A stretch of DNA of 63,335 nt, filler included, from Collodictyon triciliatum (Eukaryota), in assembly GCA_043381765.1 (NCBI GenBank). It is 5 parts of 5 records of this genome, joined end to end, with 100 filler letters (N's around TTAATTAATTAA, not from the genome) between each part and the next. Parts side by side here need not be neighbours in the genome. Positions count along the whole stretch, not along the records: positions 1 to 15,586 come from JBHJMP010001655.1; positions 15,687 to 25,028 come from JBHJMP010001657.1; positions 25,129 to 40,699 come from JBHJMP010001658.1; 2 more parts are not named here. The stretch is one strand, 5' to 3'. The notes under the pieces were generated by a model. That model had not been told where the DNA came from and searched no databases. It saw only the letters and a list, made by a program, of their open reading frames with translations. Within the stretch, counting starts at the first letter, position 1; every line of letters starts with the position of its first letter. Below are positions 13,501 through 25,351 of this stretch, piece after piece. Position numbers and translations under genes: made by a program.

Positions 13501-15365
13501 CTGACAGTCATGTCAACGTAGCTTTTGTTGGTCTTCGAAGACCGCTCCATGATATCTGGGGTAGGTGGTTGTGTGCGGACCATATCTTCTGCACCAAATG
13601 CGCCTATGGAATCCTGGTGATCTAGGCGAATGCATACAGACAAATGATGCTTGGCCTGAGACAGCAGTGTGCTCAGCAAGGATTCTGCCATTTTCGACGT
13701 AATTGTCGGGCTCCGATTCGTTATGAGGCAGACTGCACGACCGCCACATGGTGTGTCTGAGATACCATCAATCATAAAGGGGCAAGCTACAATATTTTTA
13801 AAAGGTGCTTTGGGAGGTAAATGAGAATCAATCGCTGAATTATAGAGAGACTTCAACTGCGATTCAGCGTGTTTTTCTCCTGTAGAATAACTGAATGCAG
13901 ACTCTGTTTTTATCACGTGCCATGCTAGTGATGTATTTTTCCCATCTGATGGCGTAATAGCATCCTGGATGTCAGATAGGAATGGATTGTGTATAAGCCT
14001 ATGTCCTGATTGGTCAAGAAAGTAGATTACTACAGATTCCGCTCCAAAAAGCTGTTGCAGATAATTTTTCATCGTAATAATCGACTGTTGGGGATTTAGC
14101 GCACAAGGTGTAAGAAGAGCGCAAAGGCTGATCACTTGTGCATTGAATGTATCAGAGCCATGATTTTGGTGTGGTATGGGTGCCACTTTCATCCACTCTT
14201 CAGCAGAATGGTTCACTGTCCCAACAATCGAGAACTGGTTTCTCTTAGGTGGAGAATTGGAACTTGACCGGTAGCTTCGAATCAGATGATCTTCAGAGTG
14301 GTGTATGGATGAAATTCCATGCTACAAGAATGGGAAGAAATGATATGCTGGGGAAAAGCCTACGATGTGAGTGTACTTAAAGAAAACGGCCGACGGTATC
14401 AAAGCATTTTAATTCTGTGACAGTCCATTACCTTTTTAGTCGATTGCTCCTGGTGATAAAGTGTGTTCAGTTGCTGCTTCTGAGACGAAAGTTGGAGAAC
14501 AGTTTCTTGAAGTTTTTTAACAGTCTGCTCAAGAAGTTGAATTTTTTCTTCCAGATGCTGATTCCTTTCCTACAATGTTATTAAGCCCAGTTAGAATATA
14601 TGCGGAAATCGGAATGAAAGTAATGAGGATGCCAAAATAAATAAGATTTGATAGGTGGGAGCTGTTAACCCCACTTGAATCATTTGCACTTGAGCGCACT
14701 CAACAGCAAGGCTGTCAATGTAATCTTTTGTGGTGGAACTTATCTATCCGTATTGTGGGTTTTATTTAGAATGTTGTCTTTCTAGACATACAGTTTACTC
14801 CGGCTAAATATTATCACAAAAATGTGGCATTTTAGTATATTATGTGGTATGAGGGAATACCCTGGCCAAGCTGGATAGGTTATAACGCATCTTTTCAGCC
14901 AAAGGCAGTAGTGGTAAAGAGTCGTGGGATGCTGCTGTGCTGGAATGAAAAGTTCCTGATGATGGAGAAGGTCCGTTTCGCAGGGCTGGAAGATTGATAC
15001 TTGCCACTAACGCCTTTTTTCCATGAACTCGAAACTCTTTACCTTGTCTTCCCTGGATGTTTTTGGATTATTCTATTTTGTATGTAGACTTTTGATTTTC
15101 TTGATTTCAAACTACTGAATATTTGGAGGGAAGTAAAAGATAAGAATAGCGTCTCCGTGAGAGAAGTGATGGAAAGGGTGGGAAATTGAAAACGTCGATT
15201 TACACTCAGTTCTGGTCGGTCGGGCGGAGTGTGTTGCGAATGCGATGGAGACTGAAAGGGACTCTGGTTCGGTAAATAAGCGGGTGGGTGGGGTTGGAAC
15301 TGACTGTGGTTTCCGCGTCGGTTGTGTTGCACTCGCGGGCTGAACGTATCAGAATGCGAGTCCAT
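10537..15365 (-). CDS. GAF-domain class I cyclic nucleotide phosphodiesterase (GAF x3 + PDEase_I)
   Basis: Catalytic motifs YHNFVHAFDV, CHDLDHRGTNN, MENHH, ILATDMASH, KCSDISN, EFFRQGDLEK, QAGFI. Canonical GAFs (ADRCSVFLVD...GIAGLVATSG...DKQTGYRT...INKK...F..ND and GLAGHVAKT...DKLTGFQT...VNKK...F..ED) plus a divergent upstream GAF. The ATG at 15365 follows a possible acceptor, so the true 5' end may lie further upstream. Confidence 0.92.
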
Positions 15366-15373
15366 CCTGTCGA

Positions 15374-15542
15374 TTTTTTTTGTTTTTTTTGTTTTTCTTT
15401 GTTTTTTTGTTTTTTTGTTTTTTTGTTTTTTTGTTTTTTTGTTTTTTTGTTTTTTTGTTTTTTGTTTTTTGTTTTTTGTTTTTTTGTTTTTTTTGTTTTT
15501 TTGTTTTTTTGTTTTTTTGTTTTTTTGTTTTTTTGTTTTTTT

Positions 15543-15586
<44 letters not shown>
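15374..15586. repeat. (T)nG microsatellite and poly-T at contig end
   Basis: Read directly. Confidence 0.9.
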
Positions 15587-15686
15587 NNNNNNNNNNNNNN
15601 NNNNNNNNNNNNNNNNNNNNNNNNNNNNNNTTAATTAATTAANNNNNNNNNNNNNNNNNNNNNNNNNNNNNNNNNNNNNNNNNNNN
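15587..15686. other. Artificial contig spacer (N44-TTAATTAATTAA-N44)
   Basis: The same 100-bp linker, with stops in all six frames, occurs four times in the window. Confidence 0.97.
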
Positions 15687-15739
15687 CGCTCAACGAAATA
15701 AGCGGTATGTTTTTTTATTTAAAATTATAGGGTATGTTC

Positions 15740-15915
15740 TGTTTCTGTTTTTGTTTTTGGTTTTTGGTTGTTTTTGTTTTTTGTTTGTTTGTTTTTGTTT
15801 TTGTTTTTGTTTTTGTTTTTGTTTTTGTTTTTGTTTTTGTTTTTGTTTTTGTTTTTGTTTTTGTTTTTGTTTTTGTTTTTGTTTTTGTTTTTGTTTTTGT
15901 TTTTGTTTTTGTTTT
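15740..15915. repeat. (TTTTTG)n microsatellite at contig start
   Basis: Read directly. Confidence 0.9.
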
Positions 15916-15993
15916 GTGAGTCCCATAAATCTGGGGCGATTACAGATTTTACTGAATTATCTAATTTAATTTTTTTTTTCTATTCCAAAATCA

Positions 15994-16573
15994 GGTCTAT
16001 TACCACACGTGATTTATATGCCGTTGCATCACTAAGGTCTATCCATATGTCTTATTTTATCCAGCTGATATTATCGTATACTTCTTACCTTTTATTCAGA
16101 ATGCAGTGCCATTAGAAATCACCTGATGTTATTCTGTAGTAAATAAGACACCTTACCAAAGCTTAATATTCTGCCTCATATGACCTACAACCTACAGCCC
16201 ATACATACTCGGAGAGGAGCTTGTGGTCAATCAGGAGCGCGTTGCAATTCTCAAGTAGAACTCAGGAGATGGAAATAGAGTCAAGCCAGCTGAGTTTCAA
16301 TCCACACCAATTTCGAGCTCTGACCGGGCCAATTTATTCAACTTTTTTTTTTCGTTTTTGTTGTTGGAATTACAGCCACAACGTCGATTCTTGGGTCATT
16401 ATTTTATCTGGAATCTTGAAAGAAAGAAAAAGACAGAGAGAAACCACCAGCTGGATTTGAAATGCAATGTTTTTTCTTTTGTATTTGCCAATTACAAGCG
16501 CTTTCAAAAGCCTCATCCCCAGTCAACGATGATTAAAGAGGAGCATTTCTGGTTCCTTGGAGATAGTCACTAA
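15994..16573 (+). CDS. Possible 3' exons of an unidentified gene whose 5' part is missing
   Basis: Several short AG/GT-bounded, higher-GC segments (e.g. SITTRDLYAVASL; HNVDSWVIILSGILKERKRQRETTSWI*). No recognisable domain and phasing not resolved. Confidence 0.25.
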
Positions 16574-17111
16574 ATTAGGCATTACTCATTTTTTTATAAT
16601 TTTTTTTGTGACATCGTTCTCTGCTTCCGACTTTATCTTGGCGCTGTTGAACTTCATGCATTCACTATTTCGCCCAATCGCGCCCAGTGTTTCATTCTTC
16701 CTTTCTTCCTTTCTTCCTTTCTTCCTTTCTTCCTTTCTTCCTTTCTTCCTTTCTTCCTTTCATCCCTTTCATCCCTTTCATTCCTTTCATTCCTTTCATT
16801 TTTTTTGGCAGATTCGTAAGTCTTTGTCCATCTCGTTTATTTTAATTATGCATCTCTTGTAACTTAACCAAAATGAAAAAAAAAAAAAAGGTGCTTTCCA
16901 TATCCATCATTCCCTTCATCATCCTTCCTCTCTGCAATGGCAAGTAAATGGAAATCAGCCAAAATGCCAAAGGCATACCTTTCTAACAGGCTCTCTGCGT
17001 TGGCAGGCAGAGAATTCACCCATCATTCTTATTTACAGATTGTTAAGCAATACCAACAACCCGTCTAATAAAATAAACGTGCACTATCTTCAATATCTTC
17101 CTTGCTTCTCT

Positions 17112-19023
17112 TCAAACGACGAAACGAAACCATAACTCGCCCACAATCATATCTTCCGGGTGGTTCAACTTCCAACGCGGTTTCTGGTTGTTCTGTTCGA
17201 GACCGACAGAGGAGCAGATAAAGTTGCCGGCCGATGAAAGTACCCACGCGACCTTCGCTTTGAAAATCGGTACGGGCAAGTTATTCCAGCAGTCTATCTC
17301 ACACATTTTATTTCATCATGTATCATTCCACTGAACGAGCATTTATTTCGTTGTAATTCTTATATATTTTTCTTCGGCAAAAGAAAATAATACCATCACT
17401 ACTCTGGCCAGTTTACCGTCCTTGCAGTTTCACAAGAAAAGAATAAAGAATGCCATAAGCTGACTTGTAATTTCAAAACAGTAGAGATATGATTCAACAG
17501 AGGAGCAAATACGCCCGTATATCGTTCGTGGGTGAAACTTGACGTCTTCATTTGCATGGGTTAATTACATCAGTTTTCATGGAGCCTTATTATTTTCACA
17601 TAAATTTCATATTTATATGCAAGGGGATAGAGTATAGCTGGTTCACAATTGATGAGACAGAAAATAAAAAATACAAGTTATGAGCCGAACTATCATAGTA
17701 TGTTTTTTTTTCTTTCGCGCGGACAATTTGTGCTTAATTCATCAAGAAATGAGATAATTTTAACTAGTACAATACACATTTCTCTTTTCTATCTTCCTCC
17801 GTGCCAGGGTTAGATATATGCTCGACCTCAAATATTTTTTCATTCTCGATGCAATCATAAATCGGATGAAAGATTGGAAGCCGGTATATCTAAATGTTTT
17901 CAGTCAAAGAAATGGCAGTCGAGGGAAAGAAAGATACATAAATGCCCATGAAAAGAAAATAAACTGAAACAAATATATAAGAAAAAAATCGATTTTGGTG
18001 TACCATGTTGTTTGAGATGTCTAGTGTTTCTAGATTAGAGATTCGGTTGATGAACTCAGGGATGCTGGTGAGCTAAAACATGTGGTCAGCTTCTTTTAGT
18101 TCCTTCGAGCGAATGCAGGAATGAATACATCATTTTAACTATTAACGTATTCGTGTATTTTACCTTGTTACAAGACACATCCAGATATACAATAGTGGGA
18201 ATGCAACAAATCGATTCCGGGAGTATAGTGAGCTGTTTCGTTTTAGTGAGTGTTGATATATTAAATCGAAAACTTGCACATCAAGAATGTTACGTTGTTT
18301 CTCCGGAGACACAAATATGTCAAGTTCTGCGTGAGTGTAAGAGTATCCGGCAATCTGATGAGATTCATTCCGCACAAACTCAAAGACTGAAATCTAATTT
18401 GCTGTTCGCTCGGTGTCCACCCTGACTCCGCGATTGAATCAATCTACAATAGACTATTATTCAGTTGCCTCTTGTGTCTCCAAGGGAATAGCACATACTG
18501 TGTCGTAGAGCTCTAGCATCCGGATCTGCTTGTAGTCCTCTTGTTCTTTGTTTCCCCAGCACAACAAACTTGTTATACCTCGGGGCGCCCTCTTCACGGT
18601 GACTTTTCCTCCCAGTTCGATGCAGACTCGCTTCAAATAGGTGAGCGCTGTGATCTGGGGAGGAAACTCTTCCATCTGTCAAGATGTCAGCTCGTCACTG
18701 CAGTTTTTAAGAGGAAGAAAAAAAGAAAAAAAGAAAAAAGAAAATTGGAAACAACAACATACAGGGTTGTCATAAACATGGAGCTTCGTCAACTCTGTGA
18801 AGCTAGACTTTTCTGGAGGAAGGCAGGATATTTGATTGTTTTGAAGCATCAACCAGCTCAAGCTAGTCAATGCAAAGACTCCAAGCGGCACAGTTTTCAG
18901 ATATCTGCATCGGAGGTCTAATCCTGTGCAGTCTTGAAGCTTCTCATATCGCCCACAAGGCTCATAGACGGGAAATAGTCTCTCGAGCTCTTTGAGAAGC
19001 GGAGCTCTGCCGGGCGTAGTCAT
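17112..19023 (-). CDS. Leucine-rich-repeat protein with a short beta-rich (possibly C2-like) C-terminus
   Basis: LRR consensus exons: LTSLSWLMLQNNQISCLPPE, LTYLCLRRNN|LTILPESI, IVYLDVSCNK|LTSIPEFI, LETLDISNNM. Start ATG 19023; last exon ...WKLNHPEDMIVGELWFRFVV*. Confidence 0.8.
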
Positions 19024-19419
19024 GGAACCGGGCTCTACGAAAAGACACGCCTATATTATGAGTAAAAATGAGTAAACAAAATAGAGCATGTATAAATGCA
19101 GTAGGTCGTGGCTGATTTGATGCTCGTCTTGAGAAGAGAGTCGGTTTCACCGTGAAAAAAGAAGGCGAAAATGGGTGGATGAAAAGCTACTTTGTCGGCC
19201 ATACAAACAAACAAAGATTGAGTCAAGGGTGTGTCTTGTCTAAGCACAAACTGAGCAGTATAAGATGTTTTTGATCGCCCTGTGCACAGCTTTAGTACTT
19301 TCCTCAGATGTTTTTTCTTCAAGCATACCAACTAGCTAAAGAGGTGTCAACCAGATGTCGTGCGTGTTCCTGGCTCGCAGTGTTTTTTTTTAGCTTCGTT
19401 CTGGTTATTTCTCTATGTG

Positions 19420-20311
19420 ATGGGAAACACGAGCGGAAAAGAGACAGCTGAGGATAAGTCGAGACATACCGAAGACTTCAAGCTGCAGCCAGCTTCTTTG
19501 CCACAAGAACAAGCTCCCTGCAAAGTTTACGGTCACGGACAAAAAGTGTCCAAAGCGCATCCTCAAAGAGCGTCCGCTAACCGCAATAACGAACGACAAG
19601 TAAAATCCCCGCAAAACAATACACCGCCAAGCAGACAAGCAGCAACGGGGTCAAGGAAGCCAATGCCAGGCAACAACTGAGCCCGCAAGACTCACAGAAG
19701 ATACGCGCATACAGCGACAGCGACGATGACATGGAAGGAAATCTCGGTTCCTCTTCAGAATCATCGCACTCGAGCCCTCCAACGCCAACACCGGACAAGC
19801 CCGCACATCGCAAGACCCAAGAGCAGTGCATCTCCAAACCCCGAAAGAAATCACCCTTAAACTACCCATTCAGACTGACGTGAATATGGTTAACATAGGA
19901 GGCCTCAAGGCAGTCTTCGTTACTTATCCGAAAGGATACTATGGCGCAAAGGCAACACAAGAACCAGCGCCCACCAAAGATAGTCCGTTTATCCTGCCCC
20001 AGCCCGTCGCACCGAGAACCAAGGAGCAAGAACAAGCAGCACAAGTCGAATCCAAGCTTGGAACTTCACACACCAAAGACAGTCCGAGCAAGCAGGAGCG
20101 TATGTTTCTAAAACCACAAACGCATATCTATGCCCCGGTTAACCAAAGTCCACTGCCAGCTACGCATGGTTCTGAAACCAGGGGACAGTCAAGCGCCACT
20201 TCTGATAATACCAGACAAACAACGATGTATCGCTTTTTGTCAGAGTCGCCCAGCAAGAAACGCAGGGAAGGTGCCCCGTTGTCCCCTCAAAAGACTCATC
20301 CAGTGGAATGA
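19420..20311 (+). pseudogene. Low-complexity Ser/Pro/Gln/Lys-rich coding-like region split over three overlapping frames (frameshifted gene, pseudogene or assembly error)
   Basis: Higher-GC segment with no T-rich introns. Open frames 19420-19680, about 19590-19883 and about 19730-20311, each shifted -1 from the last. Confidence 0.35.
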
Positions 20312-20890
20312 AATAGGATGCAAACCTTGTCTGAGATATATAGTTGAAAGGACTCGTCGGAATCGATTTGAGAAGTAACTGCCATGTGCGTACTTTCATC
20401 GACCCGACAACTTTATCCGCTCTTCTGTCAGTCCCGAATACAACCAGAAATCGCGTTGGAGCTGATTCACCTCGAGTAGAATAATCTGCATGTGAGAACA
20501 CTCTCTCCTTTCTATATTGTATTTTTTTTCTTTTTCCCAAAACACAAAATCTCTAACCACACAACCCGGGGTTTCCACTGTCTTGTCCACAGCTCATTTT
20601 TGTCCTAGAGGCGAAGGCGGTTTCCTCGGCTTTGTTTTCTCTCAATAAAGTACTTGCATTAAAAAAAATGAATTGAAAAGAATACCAACAAAAAAAAGTG
20701 CGCAAACCTGTAGGAAAATCAGCTTTGTCTCATCAAATAAGCTCGCGGGGAGCATCCAAGCAAAGAACTTAAGAAATCTGAACGAAAAGTCCACACTTCG
20801 TCTAAACAAGAGTGAAAAAGTGCTTTCCCGAACAAATGCTTCGTTCGTGTTTGGTGGTGTGGATAACTTTCTTATTTTTATGGTCGATTT

Positions 20891-22338
20891 TCATCCTCCT
20901 TTTTTGCGTCCCTTTCGTTTAGCAGGAGAAGGGCGGTCGGACATCACAACACTGACCTGCGAAAACAAATTTCATGAAAGCAAAAAAAGAAAAAAACATT
21001 GAGATACAAAATTGAAAAAAGATTTTTTTTTTGATTATGCGCCGATAATTAGTTTGCAAATATAAGCATTACTATGTTGAGAAACTGGCAGATGAAACCT
21101 ATCTCACTTATTTGAAAACAATACAGTCTTGTGAAACGCGTGAGAGTCATACAAACCTGACCACCAGCGAGGTCGGTATTTCGCCCAACTTTCTTTTGTG
21201 TGTCAATGGTGAATTGCAGGTCACGAATCTGCTCCTGCAAAAACCAGAATAATGTTGTAGGAGAATAAAAAAAAGTTATTTTATGGGCTCATTTGATTAT
21301 GATGACACTGCTTAATCAAAACACGATTGAAATATTTAGAATACATCTACGCAGATTAAAAAATGGATCCAAAATACCTCCAGGTCTCCAATCATCGCAT
21401 CCATTCTTATCTTGGATTCTTTAATTTTCAGTTCCATAGCCGCACATCGCTCTTGCCACTGCCTCTGTGTAACAACAGAGCTGCTATAGACCTTATCAAA
21501 TCCCGAATAAAAAAATAAGATATACCGGTATATTTGGGTGAGATGCATAATTATCAAAGTAAAAAAATAAATAAATCAATAGACGATAGAGAAAGCCTGT
21601 AAAGGTTGAAAATCACTTGTTTCATAGATTCTATTTCATTCAGCTCCTTTTGATATTTTTCGTGTATTTGTGAAACCCTTTTTTCCTGGGACTGATTTTA
21701 ATGTTCAGTAGTTGAATGGTGATTAATACAAAGATGGGGATAAAGTAAATATTTTTGTAAAGATTATTAGAATGGCATCTACAGAAACTCAAAAACACTT
21801 GCCTTTTTTTCTTTTTCAATTTTTTCTTTCGCTCTGTCAAATGTAATTTTGGCTTCAGATAGTTCATTCTGTTAAGATAGATGTGATATTTCTCTTGTAT
21901 TAAGCGAAATGAAACGCAGTAGTACTGCATAAAAAAATGAAGCAAAACCGAAATCTATGGTGTTGATTATTCATAATAATAAAATAAAGAAATAAATGGT
22001 TACCATAAGAGTGGATGACTTGGCTTCGTGGCTACTTTTCATGGTGCTAATCTTTTATTTTTCAAATAAAACTGTTCAGCTATTACATCGATTGAATGTC
22101 CAAATGGAACAGAAGAAGAGGGGCCGGATGATGCATGAATCGATTGAAATCTTATAGGTTTGAGTAAAGCTAAACCTGCTCCTCAAACCAAGCACGCTGT
22201 GCATCGAGCTGTGAAATAAGCAAATGATTATATTCCAGAGTGATCTCTTCCAGTTTTGCCTATATAGAGTGGTGCACGAACGATAATATGGGCATAACCA
22301 GCCAAAATTGCATTAATGTAATGAATAATTTGTGAAAG

Positions 22339-22436
<98 letters not shown>

Positions 22437-24708
22437 CCGATGAGCCCAAAAACCTGGTCAACGTGTGCAAGGCGATTGAGAGTTGATTTTGGATGGCGAC
22501 TATCGACAAAATCTTTTGATTTGCTATCTGAACGACTTAAGGCTATGCGGTGCACGTAACTGTGTATTCATGATATAGTAGTCGGTATTATAGTTGTTAT
22601 TGTTTCTGTTGCTCTCATTATTCAATGTTATCTATATTATCAATATGATAATAGTCATTTAAAAGACTCTGAAGAATGAAATCAGGTTCAAAAAAGTAGA
22701 TACGCCCATAGTTGCAGTATTATTTGGAAAGTCGAGTGCCAAGGAAGATGGTGACGGAATTTGTTTATTACCCATCCCCCAAGTAATCCCAAATCCTCTG
22801 TGATATAAGCTCCATTGTGTAATTGTGTAACGTTGCTTCGTGGTGCTTCATAGAGTGTCCCTCTTGATATCTTGATACGATTCCATCGAAAAAAATATTG
22901 TATTATTCTCATCATTCACTCATTTAACAGGTAGCATCTTATAAAGAAAATAAAGAAATTAGAACTACCTTCCACAGCCAATATGGCCGCATATGATACA
23001 AATCCATAAGTCTTCCGAGCCACCGCATTGATAACATTTATGGAGCATTAATTCCAGGCTGATGGCGCAGCATACTCCACAGTTCTGGTCCTTTGAAAGG
23101 GTACAATCGATTAGATATTAATGGAAATATAAGGTTTTTCTAGATTTAAAATTTGAAACACACACAAAAAAAATAATCAACCTTATTTAATTTTTCATCA
23201 ATTATACGATAAAATTTGCTCATTAAAATTTACAAGCCAGTCTGATGATTGCAATGAAGATATTAAATGGTCTGATATGGTGTCAATAATTCCAGTATGC
23301 GATGGTTCCATTCGATCTATATATATTTCGAAAAAATAATTTGGAGCGGCCTTGAGATTCACAACTCCATGTACATGCTGCGATGATGTCTTTATACATC
23401 GAATCATGATTTTGTATAGAAAAAAGAAACAAAAGCTTTATCAAAATTCTTACCCAAGCATATCAGACATGAAGGGATTTCGACGCATTCAAAAGGTGGC
23501 ACCAGTTGCATTTCATCAGAAAGGGTAACATCTTGAACAAACAGTAAATTACATGTTTCTTCCTGCCGAAATATGTTAGCACAATTTTCTGATAAATAAA
23601 AGGGATATGTATTTCAGGTCGGAAGATAGAATTATTGTCATGTTTTGTGGTAAAGAAAGACTCGAGAAGACAAACGCATAAAGTCTGGAGTGGTTTTCCA
23701 TTGAACTCGGTGAAAAATGCATCTGCCTCATCCTGTGTGCCGAAGTTAAGTAGAATTACATTATTTGCTCTGCGAGGGTCTCTATTTTTAGAAGTGAGGA
23801 AAGACTTTATTATTATTATTTTTCGTGTGCGAGCTGATTTAGAGGATACATAGAAATAAAAAGTGTACATCGAGGGAAAAAACCGAATTCATTTTGAATC
23901 AGCGTAAATAAAAGATCCTATATATGGAAGAATAAAAGAAACCGAATAACTTGGAGGTTCGCGAAACTCATACGACGCTCTTGTAGGAGATGGATGAAAT
24001 CAGGAATCGGCATGTATGGTGGGATGCCAACAACACACACTGTACTGCTTCTTTTTGTCTGGTAAGAGGCGGTAATAAAGAAAATATAAGGGATTATCTT
24101 TATGATAAATACAAATCAAAACACATACATCTTTGCAAAGAAAAGTGTTTGAATCGAATAAAGAGGTGAAAATCCTTACATAGAAAATTAAGAGTTGGAT
24201 AGGCAATCTAAAAGAGACATGTGAGAGAATGATGGAAATCGATTCAGCTTACAGGTAATCCACCGTAGAATATTGACTCAAAGAGACCTTTACACCTGAA
24301 GTTTTGGGCATATCCATACACCACACGAATATCAATTCCTCGCTCACCAAAGTACTTCACCATCTACATGTTTAAAATCATCCAATACATATTTAAAATA
24401 GTTGCTTGGGAGAACAAAAAAAAACTGGAAAATGCCTAAACTTTTGCTGAATAGATATTTTAAAAAAAAGGCTCTTGTTTTGCTGCTACGAATAAATTTT
24501 ATTGTTACCACAGTAAATTAAAAAAAAAAAAAGGCAGTGAACTACGTCAGTTTTTAAATCATATTCTGTTTGCTTCGACTCTTATACCACATTAAATAAA
24601 CATCAACCTGTGTGTCGTTGTCCTTAAGGCTTGCTCCTCTTAAACCAGGAGAACTCTTTGGTGTATCGCCGCATGATGGTCTCTTTTCGGCTGCTACAGA
24701 ATCAGATA
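20891..24708 (-). CDS. BRAP: BRCA1-associated protein 2 / ETP1 homolog (BRAP2 domain, degenerate RING, zf-UBP, coiled coil); 5'-partial
   Basis: RSSTVCVVGIPPYMPIPDFI...DPRRANNVILLNFGTQDEADAFFTEFNGKP; EIPSCLICL; CYQCGGSEDLWICIICGHIGCGR|YQEGHSMKHHEATLHNYTMELISQRIWDYLGDG|YVHR; C-terminal QEQIRDLQFTID...KRKGRKKGG*. Confidence 0.88.
22340..22435. repeat. (AAT)n/(GATAAT)n intronic microsatellite
   Basis: Read directly. Confidence 0.95.
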
Positions 24709-24799
24709 CTACAGTGACAAAATAATAACAAAATGATATCGATTAATTTATTACCAATGAATTATTGAAAAACTGAAAAAGATATCAAAAATAAATAAG

Positions 24800-25028
24800 A
24801 GATGAAAGAAAGTAAAGAAATGAAAGAAATGAAAATAATGAAAGAAATGAAAGACATGAAAGAAATGAAAGAAATGAAAGAAATGAAAGCGATGAAAATA
24901 ATGAAAATAATGAAAATAAAGAAATGAAAATAATGAAAATAATGAAAATAAAGAAATGAAAGAAATGAAAATAAAGAAATGAAAGAAAGTAAAGAAATGA
25001 AAGAAATGAAAGAAATGAAAGAAATGAA
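24800..25028. repeat. (GAAATGAAA)n degenerate minisatellite at contig end
   Basis: Read directly. Confidence 0.9.
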
Positions 25029-25128
25029 NNNNNNNNNNNNNNNNNNNNNNNNNNNNNNNNNNNNNNNNNNNNTTAATTAATTAANNNNNNNNNNNNNNNN
25101 NNNNNNNNNNNNNNNNNNNNNNNNNNNN
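25029..25128. other. Artificial contig spacer (N44-TTAATTAATTAA-N44)
   Basis: Same linker as at 15587. Confidence 0.97.
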
Positions 25129-25228
25129 ATAAAACAATAGAAAAATAAAACAATAGAAAAATAAAACAATAGAAAAATAAAACAATAGAAAAATAAAACA
25201 ATAGAAAAATAAAACAATAGAAAAATAA
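25129..25228. repeat. 16-bp minisatellite (ATAAAACAATAGAAAA)n
   Basis: Read directly. Confidence 0.9.
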
Positions 25229-25351
25229 GACAGAAATATAAAACAATTAACAAATCAACAATAAAACAAAAGAGGAATAGAAAACACTTCACAAATCAAT
25301 AAATATTTAATTTTCATAACCAAAAATAAAAAACAAAAACAAAGCAACAAC

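Noticed and set aside
15631..15642. Recurrent TTAATTAATTAA as a biological motif, TTAA target site or CRISPR-like repeat
   Set aside because: It is always centred in 44 N + 44 N, so it is a synthetic six-frame-stop contig linker (also at 25073, 40744 and 56414).
20340..20830. Small minus-strand gene between the frameshifted region and BRAP2
   Set aside because: Splice-like signals exist, but I could not build an open, phase-consistent model longer than about 30 aa.
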